In this document: positions 34,701-46,700 of the stretch, one piece after another
How positions within the stretch are numbered: position 1 is the first letter of the stretch
How the letters are laid out: every line of letters begins with the position of its first letter
Assembly (NCBI RefSeq): GCF_902459465.1
Contig: NC_047062.1
Location: forward strand, 30,938,001 to 31,002,000
From: Asterias rubens
Taxonomy: Eukaryota
Direction of reading: 5' to 3'
Length of the DNA stretch: 64,000 bases
Notes under the pieces: model-generated
Told to the model about the DNA's origin: nothing
Database searches by the model: none
The model's input: the letters and a program-made list of their open reading frames with translations, nothing else
Translations under genes and position numbers: made by a program

Positions 34701-37700
34701 TAGTTTGGCATCTGAGAGTCTCCCATCAGCGTATCACATAGCATGGCTTGCTCAACAAGAACACAGAAACCTTACCACAGACCTAGTGGTAAGTACATAC
34801 ACCACACAGCAACATTCTATGTTGTTTATTTGTTATCATTTTCCCATAAATTTCTCATAAAATCAAGGGGTTCTGCACCACCTTTGTCTTAAAGTCGTAG
34901 AGAGAAAAGGAACCAGTAAAGAAAAGACAGTGATTACATTTTTTTGTTTTAAAGGCAGTGGACACTTGTGGTAATTTCTCAAAATAATTATTAGCATAAA
35001 AACTTACTTGATAACGAGTGATGAAACGGCTCTCTCTGAAGTGATGTAGTTTTGGGAAAGAAGTAGTTTTCCACGAATTTGATTTGGAGACCTCGGAATT
35101 AGATTTTGAGGTCCCAAAATCAAGCATCTGAAAGCACACAACTTAGTGTGACAAGGGTGTTTTTTCTTTCATTATTATCTCACAACTTCAACGACCAATT
35201 GAGTTCAAATTTTCACAGGTTTGTTATTTTATGTATACATTGAGATACACCAAGTGAGAAGACTGGTCTTTGACAATTACCAATAGTGTCCAGTGCCTTT
35301 AATGATTTAACAAATTTGCATTATCTAGGAGAGACTTCCACACACCCTAAGTGCCTTCATTGAGTTTAGACTTCTTCTCTACAATGTAAGAGACTGCACC
35401 TCAGCTGCTGTCATTCAGGTACGTTAGTTTATTTTTACTATTTAGCGGAAAAGATTATTATAACCCGTTCCATGACCTTAAGATGAAAATGAGAGAGCCT
35501 TGTTATGAATATATACTTACATATTAGGGAGATTTTAGCTGCAGGTTATGTGAGCAAACACGTGAACGTGAAAGTCAACAAATTGTGTCAATTCTAGGTT
35601 TAACCTCTTGTACCTATCACGATAAGTGTTACCTTTTATGTGCACAATCTCTCCTGGTACATGTGGTCTACATTGTGTAGGCTTTATGTGCTATCTGAAT
35701 GACAAAACAATTATGGTGAAGTATCTTGCTCAAGGATAGTGACATGAACCTCAGACTCGAACCAACAATCTGGTGATCAGAAACTCTAGAGTTAATCTGA
35801 CGAGTGCTCTGAACCACTCAGTAATGACAGGTCGTATCTTTTGGAGTGTACGGGTAAGATGGTGTTGTCTTAAATTTTTGTTTGATCTTTTCCATAGGAT
35901 GTTTATAAATTGTATATTCATGTACAAACAATTCACAATGCTGACGGGTTAGGTAACCCTCTCCCAAGGAATCCCCAGGACCTGCTGGTCACAGAGAGAC
36001 TAAGGACCTTCCTCAAGACAGTCATCCAGCGTGACGCCCATCTCGGCAACTCCATCCTCCATCAACTCAAGCTGCCTGCCTCCTCAAGGCATCATCAGCA
36101 CAATCAGAGCCTCCAGCAGGTCTACCTCGACTGTATCATGGAAGACGTCTCCATGCTAAGACAGTTGCGAGGAGACGATGTGGCCAAAATCATCGCCAGA
36201 ATCTACAAGGTTCTCTCACTGTTGGACCCCACAGAGAATATGAAAGATCTCCAAGTGGAGCTACTCTTCCTAAATGTCTTAAATTTAACACGAGCTCCGT
36301 ACAACCTCCTCAGAATCCCGTCCCTCTACTCTTCACTCCTCGGCCGAGACACCCCGTACCTCATCAAAGAGTTCTGTAGGCTGGAGGGACGAGAGAGAAT
36401 AGAGGAGCTGAACGGGGAGCTCAGGATCTCTAACTCCAAGTTGGAAGTCCTGTCGCAGGAGTTGAGAATCACCTTGAGGTTGGCTCAGATGGCGGATAGA
36501 GAGCTTGCCTGGAAGGAGATGTTCCATTGTGCACTCTTGCGAGAGAGGCACGTGCTGGCTAACGTAGTGGTGAGTGATAAACTCATGTTCTTCTTTTTGG
36601 GGATTTGGAGAGAAGATTTTTATCCAAGTCGGTTCCCGCTTTCATAAGGAGACGAGCATTTAAAAATGTATACACAGCGTTTTTTTGATAATCACCTTTT
36701 AACCCTTCTTATAGACACATTAAATTTCTTAGTTTCTGGAGACAGCCAGATCATACCTCAGTATGCCTCAAAATTAAATGGGTGACTACATATTGTTTTT
36801 GTTTTCATTTCTAGTGGTAGTTCCTTTGCTTTCCTTGGGCCCAATGTCCTAGAGCTACTTTAGCCGCAAATATTTTTCATTTTTTTTTTGCTAAAAGCAC
36901 AAATTAGCAGAAAAGCAGAACACCTTATTCTGGTAAGCACTATTTGCTCCGCTTAGCTACTTTTTGTGATTTAAGTAGGTTTATGAAATTTGGCCCAAGA
37001 GACGAAGTATCACAAAAATTGGTTTGAACTAAGTTGTTATTTATTTCAGGATACAAGCTTGTCGTTCATTCGAGACGGTATGTACGATGAGTTGGTAACC
37101 CTCCTATCACCAGATGAGTTTGCACCACTGAAGCCGCTGGTATTACTCCTAGGTTGGAACTACGTCTACAGCTGTGACAGTGCCAATAACCTGTTGGATG
37201 CTCTACATGAGCCCAGTAAAGTAAGAACTGGTTTTAACCGGATCAGCAGATTTCCTTTTTTTTCTTTTAAATAGTGCCATAACAACACAGTACTGTTCAA
37301 AGTTTGTTGTGCTTATTCAGTTTCCACTTACTGAGTTGCACGTAGGCTTAGATACATGTACGTTTGTTCAACAACCATCAGTTCTTTTTGCAACATCGCT
37401 ACTCCAAAGAGATTTACATACGGTGCTACAGCAACCCTCACCTGATTATACTCCCACAATGTTTCAAATCCTACTGAAAGACTGTTGTTGATGTGCACGC
37501 TTTTTTTCTGCTTGGGTGTGTACACAAAGTTCAGAATGTCTGGAACTGAAACTAAGAATCCCTCAAGCATGAACTTAATGTCTTGTCGGAACGCTAAAGC
37601 AAAGTGTTTTGCTGTAGGACACAAGTGCCACGACCGGGACTCAAACCCACACTCTGTTGACCAGAAACATCAGAGCTTGAGTCCAGTGATGTTAACTGCT

Positions 37701-40700
37701 TGGTCATGACGCGCCACAAAAAGATTCTGTGAAACGCATATCGGTGTTTTTGAGACTACTGTCAGCAGATGTCAATGCTGGAGGCACAATTTATTCTAAC
37801 CTCCTTCCTAGTTTATAACGCAAAGCGTCAAATCATACTTAGGGGGTCAATTCAAAAGAAACTCACTCTAAGCAAATCCATTGTTTTTGTTTCCTTTCTT
37901 TACCACTAGGCCACCATTGTGAACGAGCCACTCCTTGACCAAGCTTGCGGCAAACTGACCCACCAGGTGCAGTTGGTGCAATGGTGTCTGGAGAAAACAA
38001 AGTAAGAACAAGTTTTGAATTGAATGAAACCAATGTGTGTTAAAACACACATTGGTTTGCGGGTAATATTTTGAACAGGTAGAAACTATAAATAAATGGT
38101 AAACTTGGGGGTACAACCGAGTGTAAATTTCTTTAAGTTGGCTCTAAGCAGAGCCGGATTGGTCTCGATATTTCGAACAGTATGCTCGGCTTACTTCAGA
38201 TTCTCCTGAAGATGAGCAGAGTATACTGTTTGAAACGTTGGGACCAAACCGACTCTTCTCAGAGCCAACACTCGCCCTACGATTGTACCAGCAAGTTTAC
38301 TAGTTATTTATAGTTTCTTCCCATTTCTCCGCACCATGCAAAGTTTCAAACAATACCTAATATTTTTAACATCATTTCTGAACTTGACTGCAGGCCCTTG
38401 CTAGTTGCCAGCGGTGCAGATCTAGCATTTGATCCTAAAGTGAATGAGATGTTTCACAGTCTGGATTCCCGATCCGTTCTGCACATGCTGGACCACGCCA
38501 TCAACCTCACCCAGCTCGATACTGCAGAAGTCTTTGACATCCTGAGCAAGAAACCACAACTTGGTAAGAAAAACCGCAACCCTTCAATAGATCTAATAAA
38601 TAAGTGACAGCTTTATAACCTTTTAGAGACCGTAGCAGCTGCAAGCCACCTTGTTCCTAGTGGTTTATGATTTCGCGGCACCGTTTTTTCTTTCTTTCCT
38701 AGAATGCCTGATGATATGATGATAATCTATGATTGCTTTGCTAATAAGGGAATCAATGTGTGGTGAAGAGGTTTTCAACTAGTGGTTTAATCCAAACGAG
38801 GCCTGGTTCTTGATAATTTTACCGAGACAAAGTTTTTAAACCGATTCAACACACTTTGATTCCCATTCATAAACACCTTTTTGGTCAAAAAATATCAACA
38901 CTTTTTGGTCAAAAAGTAAAATAAATGCAAAAATTATATTGTTCAATGATTTCTTTCAACACAACACCCCTCCAGCTATGAAATGGTTAGGCCCTCACGT
39001 AAACAACTCCTTATAAGGGAATGCTGTGCGCGTCGCGCGAAGCGCGTGATGTGGCACAGCTGTTTCAGCCATTGCTCTCGACCAATAGGAATGAAGAAAC
39101 TGTCTTGTAAGCACAGGTACAAGCTCGCGTGTCACGCCCATGTTTCAACACTTTTTACTGGTCATAAACAAAGGTTTATACACACCCACGTGACGTGCTC
39201 TCCACCAATAGGAATAGCGACACTGTCTGAGGTATTTATGAATGTTTATTTATGATTGATTTGCTTTGTCTATTTTTCACAATTTTTGTGTACATTTTTT
39301 GTATTTATTTCAAAAGTGTAAAGTGCTATGATTATGCTACTTGGAATAACGCTATACGCCTGGTCATTATTATGCCTTTCTCAATAATAACCCCTGGAAT
39401 TGTGACTTTGAAATATCCAAATATATTGAATATTTTGTCCTAGAGGTTTTAGAGACCACACAGATTGTGCTTTCAAAAGGCGCATCAAGTTAAAAAGCAT
39501 CTGGCCCCCCCCCCCCCCATCTCGTTCTTTTTTCGCTCCTGTGATTTGTCAAACTTTATGCAGTTTAGATGACCATAAAAAGCATGATTCATTGGAAATG
39601 TATTGTGTCAAAATACGTGCATTAGGCCTATTACATGCGCGTACTAATGTAAGTGCCTAACAAGCCCCCCTCGAATGTACTTAACAAGTTTGTTGCTCAT
39701 AATACTTGTCAATATTGATAACCTTGCCTTTCGATGTTGTGTCTGATTTTTACCTCAGAAACCAAACCTTCCAAGGAAAGTAATAAATCTGGTGGGAAGA
39801 GCGTTCATTTTGAAGAGCCACGAGAGATGTCCATCGAACAGGAGAGGGACATTGCCATCTACCGTAGCTTCTTGGCCGTTAAGAACTGCATGACTGCACT
39901 CTCAAATAGCACACAGTGTAAGAAACCATCGGTAAGCCCTAAGACGAACAAGCAAGGGGTGTCCAGGGAAGGTTTGGCAGCATCAAAGACTGGTGATGAA
40001 GCACAAGGTATCGTGGATGGTACTGCTAGACAGCCTCAACATGCTGCTACTTCCGCTAGCAAGGACAGTTCAGGTTCGGATAGTCGGTGTGCGGATAGCG
40101 AACACGTAGACTCATGGGACAGGAGTGTCGTCCAGCACCTCCAGGAAGCCAGGCACCAGCTCTCTCTCCTGTACCCCTTGACGTACAGAGTGGAGATCCT
40201 TGAGAATGTCTTCTCTCTGCTCTTTGTACGTAGTGAAGATGCCTTTGTCGGGAAGGCAGTCATGTCTGACAGCGGTGGGGAGGAAGGGCTTGTCGACGAG
40301 GAGTGGCAGAACAGAAGTGTCATCAGTATCGAAAGCATCACCCCTAAGAATGAGGATGCTTCCTTTGAACTAGCAGCACAACCGCGTGTTGTTCAGTCAG
40401 CGGGTGACGCTAAGGTTCCAAGACTCAATCAAGAAGAGACGATCGTAGAATCAGCAAGCGCTGGTTTCTTAGAAACAATGATGAATGAAGAAAAGAGAGA
40501 TAGGACAAGCTCCGGATCGATAGTTGCCAAGAGATCCAACACCTCAGAGACGCACAGCCAGCACAGCTTTAACATGGCAGGAGGTGCCATGATTGGTTTC
40601 GTGGCTGGCGAAGACATTGTCGATGCGTTGTTGAGTATGCTCAAAGATTGCCTCACCGATCTCTCTGAGGCTAGGTACTCCCTGGCCGGACCTTCTGCAT

Positions 40701-43700
40701 CTGTCGGGATCCTCCAAGAAGCCGGTGGGAGTCTCATGAAGTATATGCACTGCTCTGTATCGACGTCATCCATGGCGCAACGCATCTCTCAGCTGACGCA
40801 GCGAATCAACGAAGCGTGGTGGCGCTATCGGCTCGTATCCCAAGCAACGAACTCTCAGAGCGCAGCGCAACGGTCATCTGGTGGCAGTAAGAAGCAGGGA
40901 GACAGCAGTAGTGATGAGGGGCTGTACACTTCTGGTTTTCATAGAGAAAAGGAGGACAGTAAAGAGGAGAAGAAGCAGAGCAAGAAAGTGAAGCATCGTC
41001 ACGACAGTCGCAGCCGCAGTGCTTCAGGTAAAGTTGATTCAATTTCATGCTAGTTTATCAGGTTTTTTTACATCTCATATAATGTTTTTAAAGGTACATC
41101 TCATATAGTGTTTTTAAAGGTATTATACAGGACTGGTAGAGCTGACAAATAGTCACAGACGTTGTTCATGTTTTTCAGTGGCTTTTGAGCGCCTGGTGTT
41201 AATATGCTCACATTACGGACATCTTTTTACATATTGTACTGTACCACAAACCATCACTGAGCTTCTCTTCCATGAAAGAGACATGCTGTAGTGAATACAG
41301 TTTTGAAAACTTTTCGGTTAAAAACATGTTGAATAGCAGTTATCACCATCCCATGCAATGTACCTTCATGATCGAGAGCCAAATTCTCAACGGTCAACTT
41401 ATGGTTTAATTTGTGTGGACAGTTGATAGCAGGTCTCCTCGGTTGGAGCTTTGCCTCAGGAACTAGTTTGATCACCTTGGAAGTTAAGATTCTAGACGTA
41501 ATTTTTTTAAACATGTTTTGAAAATGAAATTTTGAAAACTACAGGTCATATGAGACGCAGTTCATCAGGGTTGTATTACAGATCACTATCAGCCAAGTCC
41601 AACACTGGCATGTTGTCAGCAGGTCAGATTCAGGTCATGTGGAAATTAATGAGAGAAAACACTCAACTCATTCTCATACTCATGGGCTAACCAAGACATT
41701 GCTTGCTTCTTTGTTTCTTCCAGACTGTCATATTCTCATGCTTCATGCTTTTATTCAAACCCTGCTACTTTTGGTATACTCTCAGGCCCGCAGGAGACTC
41801 TCCTGCCGGACTGGCTCTTGCCACAAAACACCACAGGAGACTGTGGAGACTGACATGACTGAGTCCACTGTACACAAGCCACTAGTGGTGTACTCTCCTG
41901 AACAGCAGGGCGCTTTCCACAAAATGCCACAGGAGTCTGTTGGTTGAGGCTAGGTCCACACTTATGCACAATCCACTATCAGTAATACTCTCCTGCCCGA
42001 CTGGCTCTTGCCACAAAACACCACAGGAGACTGGGGAGACTGAGTCCACTGTACACAATCCACTAGTGGTGTTCTCTCCTACCCAACTGACTCTTACATG
42101 TAGCACAAAACACCACAGGAGACTGTAAACTGAGTCCACTGTACACAAGCCACTAGTGGTGTTCTTTCCTACCCAACTGGCTCTTAGCACAAAATGCCAC
42201 AAGAGACTGTGGAGAGTACAATCACAGTAGACAAGCCATGGGTTTCCTGTCAGTGATCATTCAAAACTGCCTCCCGAATTCAAATACGTTATGACAAACC
42301 AATTTTGGCAGCCTATCAGTCTCTTGTAATCTGGAGTTATAAAATCCACGATGACCTCCGGAAAAGGGAGATTTTGAGCATTAGCATTAATACCAGCAGC
42401 CTATTGCCCCTCTTTGTCTGGGGGAAACAAAACATTGCACGATGAGTTACTGGTGGTGAAGGGTTCGGGAATGGTTAAGGAATGCTAATGCAAAATATTT
42501 ATTTTGCTTTTAACTTAATTATAAATCATTACTGGTGTCACGGAAAAGGGTATCTGTAAGGGTGGGGTTAACCCTTAACACTAGCCTGGCATATTATTGT
42601 TTTAATAGTAGAAATTGGTATGAGGTAGTGAACAATACCTGGCAGGCTGTTAATAACTGTGCAACTTTTAAAATGTGTTCTTTATTTTTGAGTGTGTGAA
42701 TGCAACTTCATTTGACCATTCAACTTGTTGTGATCGGTACTGTTATTACATCAGAAAGATACATTTAATGACAATGTATATGTTTGAAATCTGGGCTACT
42801 TAATCTTCCTTGGGCAGGGAAAATTCACAGTTTACTAGCCCAGTGGGCTAATTTACAAAAAGCTTAAGCCAAGACCTTAATTTTTATTTTGTTTATTTGC
42901 CAAAGGATAATGCAGCCTCTAAAGCAGATGTTGAGGGTATTAATTTTAAATTTCAAAATAGCCATACATGTAGTGCATGCTATTAAAGAGCTCACAATTA
43001 CATGATTGACCAATGACCAGAGTCCAGTAATTTTAGCACCTTGGACATTAACTTTACATCCTACGGCTGAGGCTTCACCTCTTGTTGAGGCTTCACCTTT
43101 GGCTGAGGCTTCACCTCTGGCTGAGGCTTCACCACTGGCTGAGGCTTCACCTCTTGCTGAGGCTTCACCACTGGCTGAGGTTTCACCACTGGCTGAGGCT
43201 TCACCTCTTGCTGAGGCTTCACCACTGGCTGAGGCTTCACCTCTTGCTGAGGCTTCACCACTGGCTGAGGCTTCACCACTGGCTGAGGCTTCACCTCTGG
43301 CTGAAGCTTCACCTCTGGCTGAGGCTTCACCTCTGGCTGAGGCTTCACCACTGGCTGAGGCTTCACCACTGGCTGAGGCTTCACCTCTGGCTGAGGCTTC
43401 ACCTCTGGCTGAGGCTTCACCTCTGGCTGAGGCTTCACCTCTGGCTGAGGCTTCACCTCTGGCTGAGGCTTCACCTCTGGCTGAGGCTTCACCTCTGGCT
43501 GAGGCTTCACCTTTGGCTGAGGCAAACTGCATGCAATAGACTAGCTGCTGTAGACACTCAATCAAGAAGCAGCCTCGTTTTGTTTAATTTTGTTCTTTTA
43601 TTTGAGTTATAGATAAGAATAAAAAGTTATAGTCTTGAAATCCAAGCACTTTTTGTGTGATTCTCAGAGCACAGCACTTGATTGCACTAATTTCTAAAGT

Positions 43701-46700
43701 TGTTTGGGAACCGACTGGTGGAAGATTGAACTATCTCTCTGAGACTAAGGTTTTAAAAAGAACCGGTTTTGTACATGTAACATCTTGTTTCCAAAAATAC
43801 GCACTGATCCAAAATACTGATCGAAATGCCAAATAAAAAATAAAAACTCTGCTTTTCAGAATAACAACAACAGATATTTCATGTACATGGTGTTACTTTT
43901 CAACCCTTACTAAATTTAGGTTGAGATTTTGAAGTCTTCAACTTCACACTTCACTTGACAAAACTGTTATCATAAAAAGTAAAAACATCCCTCGAAACAT
44001 TTTCATCTTGTATCTATGGAATTTCAAAGAGATATGTGTTTATCATTTCTTCTTAAAGAGGGCAGTAACAGCAGTGCTAAGCAGCGACGTAAAAGGAGGC
44101 AAAGACGTCGGAGGTCAGATGCCAAACTGTCGTCTAGTGAGCGAGGAGTGGTCGCCCGTATGCTGTCGTCTCAAGACACACTTCTCAGAATGTGTTTACA
44201 TAGAGGGACCTATGCACAGGCTCTTCAGGTATCTGTCCTAAATATCATCTCAACCAGGGGCCAATTTCATAGAGCTGCTTAAGCCACAAATTTGCTTACA
44301 GTGTAGGCACGAAAATATCTCGCTTATTTTTCACATGTTACAGGCAAAAATGTCATGCCACATACATTGCTTGTGACTGGTATTTAGCTGTTGTTTACTT
44401 AGCATTAATTGAGTGGAGTCTTGGTTGATAATCTGATTTTACTAAGCAAGGATTTTTTTTTGCTTAAGCAAAATTTTGTCTAAAGCAGCTCATGGAGCAA
44501 TACTATAAAATTGGGCCCACAGGTGTAGTGACCAGTGCCCAGTTTCATAGAGCTGCTTAAGCAGAACATATTGGTTAAGAAGTTTTTGCTTAGCAATAGT
44601 AAGCAGGGAACCAGTCACAAACTACACACAAGATGGTTATTTGGCTGGTAACTCTTTTCTTGCGTGTGTCCAGTAAGCAAAATTGTAAGTAAATTTGTGT
44701 GCTTTTAAGCAGCTTTATGAAATTGGGTCATGGGGGAGTGTAGGGGTGTGACCTCCCTCCCTTGATAGTTTTGAGAGCTCTGAGGTTTGCAAATGGAAAC
44801 TAATAGGAACATCAAGACTAAAAGCACCACCCCGCCTGGTGGGCATTTCGTAGACCAGGCATTGTAGGTTGGGTTTTGACATTGATGATTACAGTTGTCT
44901 TGTGTGGTGGGTGCACAAGTATTTATTGAAACATTGGAAGACTGGTAGTGTGTCGAATCAGCGAGTCTACAAACTGGCTTCCATACACCCTTAAAAAGGA
45001 AATGCCTGTCAATTAATCTGCTTTGATGTAGCCTTTTCCAACATAGCACCAAGACTCTGGAATTCACTTTTATTACTCATCGCACTTGGTTTCGTTTCAC
45101 ATGGATGCTCCATCAGACAAACATACAAAGTCTGTAAAGATCAGTTACTGTCCCTTTCTTTCACTTGTAGGTGGTGAAGATGTTTGAGCTTGAAGACAAG
45201 CCAGAAGTTTCTGAGGTTTACTTTGCCGAACACTGGGAGCACACAGTCAGACGACTGCAAAGCCTCGATACCAAAGTTTCCAAAATGACTTCCACTTCAG
45301 TAGCAGCAAAGCCCAGACTATCCTCTTCATCCTCCATCGGGAAAATCGCTGCTTCAGGGACAGCATCACTGTCTGTTTCGGGTGTTGTGGACGACCTCCT
45401 GGCAACGTCGCACCTTCCGTTATTACCAACGACGCCGCTCGTCAACTCCGATCCACACGAGAAGCACTCCAGTGTGGCCACGATGCTGAAGAGCATCCAG
45501 ATGCTGAATGTTGCGGGGGTTGTGATCTTCGATCTAGCATGCACAGCCTGCATGTCATGGAAGGCCAGCACGGACTTACTGGACGTCGCCAAGGGTCGCC
45601 TACAGCTCGGACTGCACAGTCTTGGGGAGTATGACCAATCGTACAAAGCTCGTTCACCCCCACAGTCGGCCACCAAGTTGGACCCTCTGCAACTCCTGGT
45701 GGGCGTCTTGCCCTTTGTGCATCAGATCAATAACTTAATAGCACCAATATCTGCCGACTCGACTGCCCTCATCCGTCAAGACATTCTAGAAGAGTTTTAT
45801 CAGCGTAGCGCCAGCGAGGCTCTCCTGCAAGCCACAAGGCCATTAGATGCTGTCACATTGCGGGCTCAAATCAATACCATCCTGGAGCACAGGAAGGCAG
45901 TGATGGGGTTCAGTCGGGCTATCAAGACAGACAGCAAACGCCAGGTGCCGTTTTTTCCCGGATCGTCCAATGAGCTGGACGCCAGCTTGAGCTCTGCCAA
46001 CAAGGGACAATCCATGGTGCACCAGGCCATGAGGTATCTGTTGCAAACGTTTGATAAGAGCGGAAACTCATGTCAATCTCTGGCAGGTTTGCTGGCCGCT
46101 GCAGATACAGAGCAGAGTATGGTGTTTAGTAACTACCTGATGAGTCTGTATAGCCATGTCAGTGTGCTGTCGTCGTTACTTGTAGAAGCAAAGGACTGGC
46201 ATCCAGGTTTGTCTAACCAGTAGACCCCTATAAATACATGAGGTTAAAGATAGTGGACACTATTGGTAATTGTCAAAGACCAGTCTTCTCACTTGGTGCA
46301 TCTCAACATATGCATAAAATAACAAACCTGTGAAAATTTGAGTTCAATCGGTCGCAGAAGTTGCGCGATAATAATGAAAGAAAAAACACCCTTGTCACAC
46401 GAAGTTGTGTGCTTCCTGATGCTTGATTTCGAGACCTCAAGTTCTAAACTTGAGGTCTCGAAGTCAAATTCGTGGAAAATTACTTCTTTCTTGAAAACTA
46501 CGTCACTTCAGAGGGAGCTGTTTCTCTTAATGTTTTATACTATCAACCTCTCCCCATTACTCGTAATCAAGAAAGGTTTTATGATGATAATTATTTTGAG
46601 TAATTACCAATAGTGTCCACTGCCTTTAAACAAATGTGTATGTCTCGTGCACAACTCACAGCCAATGATAGGTCTTCCAGGACTTTAAATAACCCACTGC

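Noticed and set aside
42864-43612. Long ORFs in four frames over the 18-bp repeat as independent genes
   Set aside because: Openness follows from an 18-bp unit lacking stops in those frames; no non-repetitive coding context. Only the weak terminal-exon idea is kept.
40036-46046. Minus-strand ORFs of 100-150 aa (also 12443-12766, 13936-14534, 18623-18880, 52501-53380) as antisense genes
   Set aside because: They are shadows of the large + strand exons of BAZ1A and ZFYVE26, with no independent homology or splice structure.
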